Shown here piece by piece: positions 57,267 through 64,000 of a DNA stretch of 64,000 bases (positions are counted from its first letter, which is position 1; each line of letters starts with the position of its first letter). Source of the stretch: Polyangiaceae bacterium (GTDB lineage: Bacteria; Myxococcota_A; Polyangia; Polyangiales; Polyangiaceae); NCBI GenBank assembly GCA_965222375.1, contig CBDCTZ010000016.1, positions 3,264,001 to 3,328,000 on the forward strand, in the 5' to 3' direction. The notes beneath the pieces were generated by a model. The model worked only from the letters and a program-made list of their open reading frames with translations, was not told the DNA's origin and did not search any database. Both the position numbers and the translations under genes were made by a program.

Positions 57267-58313
57267 CTAGCCCGCGAGAGCCGGTTTCTTCGCCACCACC
57301 AACTTGGATACAAAACAGGGCTTGACGCTCTGTACTTCGAAGCCTGCGTCGGCGAGTTGACTCCCGAGTTCATCCCTCAAGTACTCACGGTGGTACGGCT
57401 CGTGAAACTCCTCTGAGAAGCGCTCGAGAAAGAACGCGACAGATCCCGACTCGGCGTACTGCGCGGAGTCTTCAACGACTACGAGACCCCCGGGCTTGGT
57501 GACACGATACATCTCGGCAAGCACGTTTCTACGCGCGCGCTTTGGCAGCTCGTGGAATAGGAACACGCTCACACTGACGTCGAAGAAGTCGTCCCGGAAG
57601 GGCATGTTCTCGGCGTTGTCGGCGACCACTGAGGCATCCACGTTCACTGATGAGAGCATGCGGCGCGCCGCGCTCACGTAGTAGGGCGAGAGGTCCAGTC
57701 CGTAGAGCTTTGCGTCGGAGACGGTTTGAGCCAGCTGACGCAGGGTCCGCCCGGTCCCACACGCCACGTCCAGAATTCTGGGTCGCCCGGCCTCCGTGCG
57801 GGAGCGGACGTGCTCCACCACGGGCGGGATGACTTGGCGGCGCATGATGTCGGCGGTGCCGAGAAAGAGGAATTCCACGCCGACGTCATAGAGTTCGGCG
57901 GAATGCTGGCTGAAGTAGCCGTCGGTCTGCCAGTGGAAGTTCCTGCGGAAGTACGCGGGATAGTTTTCGAGCTTCGCGGACGAGGGCAGGTCTTTGAAGT
58001 TCTTGCTCTTCAGTCGGCGGATGGTCCGCGGGAAGTCTCGTACCAACTTGGGAAAGCGCTTCGCGTATTGCCGAACCGGAACCTGGAAGAGCAGCGCCCG
58101 GGGGTAGAGTCCGCGCTCGACGTTGTCCAGGTCTTGCTCCAGCAGTTCGTCGTAGCGCTGGCGCACCAGTTGCACGGCTTCTTCGTCAGGCTCGATGTGA
58201 AGCCCCGTGATGCTGCGAAGGACTCGATGTGCCGCCAGGCAGTTGAACAAGAAGGCCGTCTGCTGGGCGCGATACGCAGCGCGATACGCAGGCTGCGGGA
58301 GGATTCCAACCAT
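57267..58313 (-). CDS. Class I SAM-dependent methyltransferase
   Basis: ILDVACGTG, GLDLSP, NAENMPF, FLFHELP and NFHWQTDGY. Confidence 0.9.
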   Translation of the reverse strand: MVGILPQPAYRAAYRAQQTAFLFNCLAAHRVLRSITGLHIEPDEEAVQLVRQRYDELLEQDLDNVERGLYPRALLFQVPVRQYAKRFPKLVRDFPRTIRRLKSKNFKDLPSSAKLENYPAYFRRNFHWQTDGYFSQHSAELYDVGVEFLFLGTADIMRRQVIPPVVEHVRSRTEAGRPRILDVACGTGRTLRQLAQTVSDAKLYGLDLSPYYVSAARRMLSSVNVDASVVADNAENMPFRDDFFDVSVSVFLFHELPKRARRNVLAEMYRVTKPGGLVVVEDSAQYAESGSVAFFLERFSEEFHEPYHREYLRDELGSQLADAGFEVQSVKPCFVSKLVVAKKPALAG

Positions 58314-58399
58314 GTCTAGATTCTAGCTGAAACCTGCAGCCGAGTCAGGCGCGGCCGCAATCTCACCTTCGCACGGCGAGGTTCGGATACTCTGCGCAC

Positions 58400-60124
58400 A
58401 TGGCCGAGCGCGACAAGCTGTCCGAACTCAACCTTGGATTCCGACACAACTACCTCGACTACGAGACGTTGTCTTCACAACTCCGGGCTTGGGTTGAGCG
58501 CTTCCCGAAATACGCCCGACTCGAGTCGCTGGGGACGACTCCGGAGGGGCGCGAGCTGTGGTTTCTTACCGTCGGTCCCGAACCGAAGCGTGAGCGCCCC
58601 GCGGTTTGGATTGATGGCAACATGCACGCTAGCGAATTGTGCGGTTCCAGTGTTGCCCTGGCCATCGCTGAAGACATGCTGCGCCTATTCGTTGATCAAA
58701 AAACGTCAACTGTGCCCGCGGCGCTCCGCCCCGCCCTTCAAGAGGTGCTTCTTCACGTACTGCCACGAATGTCGCCGGATGGGGCCGAAGCGGTGCTGCA
58801 AGCCGCCCGCTGGGTGCGCTCGGTTCCCCGGGATGAGCGCGCCCACGGTGGCACGGCCCAGTGGGTGGCTGAGGACTTGGACGGTGATGGGCGCGCCCTG
58901 CTCATGCGGGTCGAAGACGCCACCGGCGAATGGGTCGCGCACCCGGACGCTCCCGAGGCTCTAGTGCCCAGAAACCTCGAGGACCCGGGACCATTCTACA
59001 AGCTCTACCCGGAGGGAACGATTCGCAACTTCGACGGAACCACCGTCCCTTCGGCGCACTTTCTGTCCGACAACTTCCCGGATCTGAACCGAAACTTCCC
59101 TTGGTCATGGGCGCCCGAGCCGGAGCAGGTGGGTGCCGGAGCATTTCCCGGTAGCGAGGTGGAGTCCCAAGCGGTCATTCGAGCGGCGGTTGAGCGGCCG
59201 AACCTGTTCTTCTGGCTCAACTTCCACACTTTCGGTGGCGTGTTCATTCGCCCCCTGGGTCACGCGCCGGACAAGAAGCTCCCGGACTTCGACCGAGCGG
59301 TGTTCCGTCAAATCGGTTGCTGGTGCACGGAGCTGACTGGCTACGCCATGGTCAGCGGGTTCGAGGAGTTCACCTATGAAGAGGACAAGGCGCTGCATGG
59401 TGACTTGAGCGACTTCGCCTACCACCAGCGCGGGTGCATCTCATATGTCTGCGAGCTGTGGGACCTGTTTGCGCGCCTGGACATCCCACGCCCCAAGCGC
59501 TTCTGCGATTACTACACCTCCATGGGGCGAAAGGAGCTCGCGAAACTGACGAAGTGGGACCGTGAGCACAACGCAAGCCGGGTGTTCCAGCCCTGGAAGT
59601 CTGTCGACCATCCCCAGTTGGGCCCGGTAGAGGTGGGGGGCTACGATCCCCGAATTGGCGTGTGGAATCCCCCCACCAGTGCTCTGGCCGACATTTGTGA
59701 GACTCAATCCGTTGCCGCGCTTCGGGTGGCAGCACTTTCGCCACGAGTTCAACTTGGACTCACATCGGAGCGTCTAGCGCCGGGGCTGAGCCGCGTGCGC
59801 GCGATCGTCGAGAACGTCGGCTACCTGCCCACTTACGTGCTCGAGTCTGCGCGAGAACTACCGCATTCGGTGCCGCTGTTCGCCGAGATCCGAGGCATGG
59901 GAGGGGTGCGCGTCAGCGAGTCCACGCGCAGGGAGGTCGGCCATCTCGACGGCTGGGGGCGGGGAATTGGGAGCCGCGAAACGGCCTTCCACGTCCCGCG
60001 GAGCCGCGGCTCCACGGCGCGGCGGGTGATAGAATGGACCGTTTCCGGTTCCGGAACGGTGGAAGTGCAGATAGCCAGCCCGCGTACAGGAACATGTAGC
60101 GCGAAGCTCGAACTGACGGAATGA
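58400..60124 (+). CDS. M14 family zinc carboxypeptidase
   Basis: GNMHASE (HxxE), SPDG, DLNRNFP, SEVES and NFHT. Confidence 0.88.
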   Translation: MAERDKLSELNLGFRHNYLDYETLSSQLRAWVERFPKYARLESLGTTPEGRELWFLTVGPEPKRERPAVWIDGNMHASELCGSSVALAIAEDMLRLFVDQKTSTVPAALRPALQEVLLHVLPRMSPDGAEAVLQAARWVRSVPRDERAHGGTAQWVAEDLDGDGRALLMRVEDATGEWVAHPDAPEALVPRNLEDPGPFYKLYPEGTIRNFDGTTVPSAHFLSDNFPDLNRNFPWSWAPEPEQVGAGAFPGSEVESQAVIRAAVERPNLFFWLNFHTFGGVFIRPLGHAPDKKLPDFDRAVFRQIGCWCTELTGYAMVSGFEEFTYEEDKALHGDLSDFAYHQRGCISYVCELWDLFARLDIPRPKRFCDYYTSMGRKELAKLTKWDREHNASRVFQPWKSVDHPQLGPVEVGGYDPRIGVWNPPTSALADICETQSVAALRVAALSPRVQLGLTSERLAPGLSRVRAIVENVGYLPTYVLESARELPHSVPLFAEIRGMGGVRVSESTRREVGHLDGWGRGIGSRETAFHVPRSRGSTARRVIEWTVSGSGTVEVQIASPRTGTCSAKLELTE

Positions 60125-60697
60125 CCTCGACGAAGCAGGATGGCGCCAAGATCGCCTTCATTGGAACCCATGGCGTGGGCAAGACGACGCTGTGCTACGG
60201 ACTCGCCGCACGGCTGAAGTCCAAAGACGTCGTGCTGGATGTCGTGCATGAAGTTGCTCGCCGCTGCCCGTTGCCAATCAACGAAACGACGAGTGTGGCT
60301 GCGCAGTCGTGGATCCTACACACACAAATTGCCGAGGAACTCGTCGCGGCGGCGCGGCACCCGGTAGTCGTATGCGACCGAAGCGCTCTGGACAACTACG
60401 TCTACCTACTGCTGGCTCAAGGCAACCAATCGGACTTGGACGTGCTCGTCGACTCTTGGATGCAGACCTACGATCTCTTGATATTCGTGCCGGTCGTTGG
60501 CCGCGCCGACTTCGGACGGCGTACGCGCGACCGACCCCGCCTTTCAGCTAGCTGTTCAAGAACGCTTGCGTGAAGAACTCAAAGCTCGCAAGCTCGAGGT
60601 CAAGGAACTGGTGGCTGAGCGGCGCGAAGCTTGGTTGGACGACAGCGCTGCGCTGGTTTGGCAACACTTGCAGCCGCCCCAGCTGAGCCTGCTCTGA
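60121..60697 (+). pseudogene. AAA_28/NadR-like P-loop nucleotide kinase, frameshifted near 60496-60502
   Basis: GTHGVGKTT, VHEVAR, CDRS.LD and YDLL in one frame. The expected P..DGVR continuation lies in the +1 frame (60497..60697). Confidence 0.75.
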
Positions 60698-60704
60698 GTC
60701 GCAG

Positions 60705-61883
60705 ATGGACCCCCGCTACTTGAGCCTACAAAACCGGGACGTAGGCCCCGCGGAGACGGGCGAGTTCGAACCCCTCGAGATCGGTCCGCTTCGGGTCTGG
60801 CCGCCAGTAGTGTTGGCGCCCATGGCCGGAGTGACCAACTATCCGTTTCGAGCCATGTGCCGCCAGTTTGGCGCGGGCCTCTACGTCAGCGAGATGATCA
60901 CTGCGCGCCCGCTGGTCGAAGGGCGAGAGAAGACCCTGAAGCTGTCGGATTTCGGGCCGGATGAGATCCCGCGTTCACTGCAGCTGTACGGCGTCGACCC
61001 CCACTACGTGGGTGAGGCCGTAAAGCGTCTAGTTGGCGAAGGGCGCGTCGACCACATCGACATGAATTTCGGCTGCCCCGTGCGCAAAGTGACCCGCAAG
61101 GGCGGCGGCGCTGCCATCCCCGTGAAGCCGAGATTGCTGGCAGCGATCGTGCGCGCTGCCGTCGGCGGAGCCGGACGTATTCCGGTGACGATCAAGTTTC
61201 GCAAAGGCATTGATGACAGCCTGCTGACCTACCTGAGGACGGGTGAGATCGCCGAAAGCGAAGGTTGCGCCGCGGTCGGCCTGCACGCCCGGACTGCAGC
61301 ACAACTCTACGATGGCGCCGCGGACTGGGATGCGATTGCGCAGCTAAAAGCCCACGTGAACATCCCGGTGCTCGGAAATGGCGACATCTGGGAGGCCGGT
61401 GATGCTCTGCGCATGATGCGGACAACCGGATGCGATGGCGTCATCGTGGGACGTGGCTGCCTGGGCAGGCCGTGGCTGTTTCGGGATCTCGCCGATGCGT
61501 TTCAGGGTCGGGCCCCACGCAATCCGCCCACGCTCGGCGAGGTAGTGACGGTGATGGTGGAACATGCGGAGCGCCTGGCCGCGTGGTTCGGAGAAAGCCC
61601 CGCCATGCGCCAGTTCCGCCGACACGCGACTTGGTACACCAAGGGCTTTCGCGGGAGCGCGGCTTTGCGCGGCAGGCTAATGCTTGTGCGGACGCTTGCG
61701 GAGCTGCGGGATGTCCTCGCGCAGCTGGACGCCTCTGAACCCTTTCCGCCAAGCGCTATGCGGGTTCCGCGAGGCAAGGCCGCAGGGACTCAGCAGGTTT
61801 CACTGCCCGACGGTTATCTGGACGATCTGGAGGACGCGACGGTTCCGGCAGCCGCGGCTGAGGACGCCTTTAGCGGCGGATGA
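60705..61883 (+). CDS. dusB: tRNA-dihydrouridine synthase
   Basis: LAPMAGVT, QLYG, DMNFGCPV.KV, LHART, GNGDI and GRG.LGRPWLF. Confidence 0.93.
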   Translation: MDPRYLSLQNRDVGPAETGEFEPLEIGPLRVWPPVVLAPMAGVTNYPFRAMCRQFGAGLYVSEMITARPLVEGREKTLKLSDFGPDEIPRSLQLYGVDPHYVGEAVKRLVGEGRVDHIDMNFGCPVRKVTRKGGGAAIPVKPRLLAAIVRAAVGGAGRIPVTIKFRKGIDDSLLTYLRTGEIAESEGCAAVGLHARTAAQLYDGAADWDAIAQLKAHVNIPVLGNGDIWEAGDALRMMRTTGCDGVIVGRGCLGRPWLFRDLADAFQGRAPRNPPTLGEVVTVMVEHAERLAAWFGESPAMRQFRRHATWYTKGFRGSAALRGRLMLVRTLAELRDVLAQLDASEPFPPSAMRVPRGKAAGTQQVSLPDGYLDDLEDATVPAAAAEDAFSGG

Positions 61884-61970
61884 GCCGGAAATGCAAGGCC
61901 TTTTCCCTGTGCCTCTCGGGGACTGGTCCTGACCCGCGTCTGAGGTAGACTGCCCACCGGGACGGACGGG

Positions 61971-62498
61971 ATGCGGGCGATGCAAGCAGTGACCGAGGCG
62001 CTGGGTTGGCGTTGGATGCCAGCAGTGGGCTTGACGGGCGGGGCGTTGCTCTTCGCAGTCACCGTCGCATTGGTCATGCCCCCCAAGTTGGGTGGAGGCG
62101 GCGCCAACGCGCTCGTCATCGCGGGGGACGACGACGACGATCGCTCATCCGTGAGCACTACGATGCGGCCGCCGCCCAAACGCACGTTGCCCAAGCGGCC
62201 CATGGAGCGCGCGCGGCCAGCTTTTGCGGCGCGCGCGCCAGTACCCGCTCGCGCACCATCGCCTCCGCCTGCACCTCCCCCAGCGGAAGTCGCGCCCCCG
62301 CCGCCTCCGCCCCCCCCGCCTCCACCACCCGCGGCGGAGCCTCCCCCCTTGATCCCAGCTCATGACCGTGAGGCGCTCGCCGCTCAGGAAGCGGGACGCA
62401 AGCCCGCAGCGGCCGGCGTCGTTACGCCGCGCGCTCTCGCAGCCCCCCTGCGTGTATTGAAGTCGGCGGAAACGCCGCCGCCTCCAAGCCAGGATTGA
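61971..62498 (+). CDS. Proline-rich single-pass membrane hypothetical protein
   Basis: N-terminal TM helix followed by poly-Pro. Confidence 0.6.
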   Translation: MRAMQAVTEALGWRWMPAVGLTGGALLFAVTVALVMPPKLGGGGANALVIAGDDDDDRSSVSTTMRPPPKRTLPKRPMERARPAFAARAPVPARAPSPPPAPPPAEVAPPPPPPPPPPPPAAEPPPLIPAHDREALAAQEAGRKPAAAGVVTPRALAAPLRVLKSAETPPPPSQD

Positions 62499-62504
62499 GA
62501 CGTC

Positions 62505-62879
62505 TCAGCGCCCACGCAAGCGACGCATGGCACGTGCTTCCGCTTTCGTGGGCCGGCCGGCGCCTCGCGCTCGAAAGACTGGCCGCTCCTCCCTCGGCGG
62601 AGGCGGAGGTGATTGGTCCTCGAAAAGCTCCCGCGCCAAAGCCGGAGAAAGCCGCTTTTCCCACACCTTTTTGACGATGGCGATGACTTGTCCCCGAGGA
62701 GCTACCGCTTCGACGCGATCCCCGATCCGCACCGCGTGGCTCGGACGAACGGAGTTGCCGTTGATCTTCACGTGCCCACCGCTACACGCGTCAGTAGCCA
62801 ACGTGCGCGATTTGTAGATCCGGGCTGCGGACAACCAGCGATCGATGCGAACCGACTCGTCAGACACCGCAGTCAGCAT
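62505..62879 (-). CDS. hslR: S4-domain RNA-binding protein (Hsp15)
   Basis: RIDRWL.AARIYKSR..A...C.GG.VKING and C-terminal GAGRPTK. Confidence 0.88.
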   Translation of the reverse strand: MLTAVSDESVRIDRWLSAARIYKSRTLATDACSGGHVKINGNSVRPSHAVRIGDRVEAVAPRGQVIAIVKKVWEKRLSPALARELFEDQSPPPPPREERPVFRARGAGRPTKAEARAMRRLRGR

Positions 62880-62889
62880 AGCAAAGCCC

Positions 62890-64000
62890 TTGGCGGTGGT
62901 GCGCGAACTCCTTCGCCTCACCTGGCCCGCGGTGATGACGAGTCTGCTTCAGACCCTCGTGTTTCTGGTCGACCGCGTGCTTCTGGGCCGCTACGGCCAA
63001 GATGCGCTTGCCTCCATGCAAGTCCAGGGCCCCTTGGTCTGGTCACTATTCAGCGTGCTCTCCGGGGCGGTTGTGGGGGTCGTGCCCCTGGTGGCGCGGC
63101 ACGTTGGCGCAAACTCGAGGGGCAAGGCGCGAGACGTCATTCGTGCGGGGGTGCTGCTGTCACTCGTTCTGGGGCTCGGGTTGGCACTGGCGCTTTCGCT
63201 TTCATTGGGGGGCATCGTCCATATCCTGGGGCCGGAGGACCAGGGTGTGCGTCGCCTGTCCGAGCAGTATCTGGCTGTCGTGGTTTGGGCATTGCCCCCG
63301 ATGTTCCTGGCGACCACTGCTGCGCTGTGCCTGAGTGCAGCTGGGAATACGCGTACGCCCTTCATCGTGGGTCTGGTTTCCAACGGCGTGAACGTCGCCG
63401 TGAGTTTCGTGCTCATTTTCGGGATCCCCACGGAAGGGGGCCGAATCCTCGAACTCGGGGTTCGGGGCGCCGCGATTGGGTCGGCCGTGGCGCTCGCCCT
63501 CGAGGCGGTGTTGTTGTTCTTTGCTCTGAAAGCTCAGCTGGACCTGCGCTTCGCGTGGGGGCGAGAGCTCTGGCGAAGGGTGTCACGGTCGCTATCCAGC
63601 GTTCTGTCGATCAGTACGCCCGCCGTTGGGGAGCGAATTGCGATTCATCTGGGATTCCTGGCGTATGTAGCGGTCATCAACGCCTTGGGTCCGCTGGTGA
63701 TGGCGAGCAATCAGGCGCTCATCACATTGGAGGCCGTGTGCTTCATGACGGCCGACGGATTCGGCATCGCTGCCGCTGCCGTCGTTGGCCAATCCCTGGG
63801 CAGAAAAGACGCCGGCGCGGCGCGGCTCGCGGGGTTCGTTGCGGCCGCAATAGCCGCAGCAGTGTTGTCGTTCTTCGGGCTGGTTCTTTGGCTGCTGGGG
63901 CCGACTTTGTTTGCGGGCTTCACTCCCGCGGGCGTGAGCGGCATCGAGCTGAGGCGGGAGGCGACGCGGGCCCTCCCGCTCTTGATGGCGGCGCAGCCAT
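62890..64000 (+). CDS. MATE family efflux transporter, 3'-truncated by the window edge
   Basis: Absent from the ORF track because it has no stop in the window. Manual translation gives RELLRLTWPAV..LVDRVLLGRYG..ALA, GNTRTP, LGVRGAAIGS and VGQSLG. Start uncertain (62845-62899). Confidence 0.88.
   Translation, partial: MAVVRELLRLTWPAVMTSLLQTLVFLVDRVLLGRYGQDALASMQVQGPLVWSLFSVLSGAVVGVVPLVARHVGANSRGKARDVIRAGVLLSLVLGLGLALALSLSLGGIVHILGPEDQGVRRLSEQYLAVVVWALPPMFLATTAALCLSAAGNTRTPFIVGLVSNGVNVAVSFVLIFGIPTEGGRILELGVRGAAIGSAVALALEAVLLFFALKAQLDLRFAWGRELWRRVSRSLSSVLSISTPAVGERIAIHLGFLAYVAVINALGPLVMASNQALITLEAVCFMTADGFGIAAAAVVGQSLGRKDAGAARLAGFVAAAIAAAVLSFFGLVLWLLGPTLFAGFTPAGVSGIELRREATRALPLLMAAQP

Noticed and set aside
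1..64000. rRNA, tRNA, IS/transposase, integrase, prophage or defence system
   Set aside because: No supporting motifs seen by eye; a tRNAscan/Infernal run would be needed to exclude small RNAs fully.

Overview
High-GC chromosomal segment, most consistent with a myxobacterium (Myxococcota, Polyangiales-like). That assignment is inferred from MYXO-CTERM sorting tails, many Gly/Pro-tethered lipoproteins, a Hanks-type kinase and a deltaproteobacterial chemosensory cluster. It holds about 52 protein-coding genes. Housekeeping genes include purL, fbaA, a cyclophilin, trxA, dusB, hslR, a ClC channel, an HtrA protease and a MATE pump. There are many secreted or lipoprotein hydrolases and a receptor-less cheY-cheA-cheW-cheW-HEAT-cheR-cheB operon. 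I saw no rRNA, tRNA, IS, integrase, phage or CRISPR-Cas. The most striking observation is a translationally coupled pair at 27748-30287: a secreted M1 metallopeptidase ending in a dockerin-like double Ca-loop, followed by a lipoprotein made of a single cohesin-like domain. This looks like cellulosome-style anchoring repurposed for a peptidase in a Gram-negative organism. Other notable items are an ECF sigma fused to a zinc-finger anti-sigma domain next to thioredoxin, a hydrolase with a C-terminal beta-barrel-like tail, a DUF2330/pentaheme cytochrome pair, two interrupted genes, a hidden Cys-repeat small ORF, a 50-bp palindromic direct repeat and a structured intergenic RNA candidate. All family calls come from motif recognition by eye, not database searches, and several start codons were re-chosen manually.
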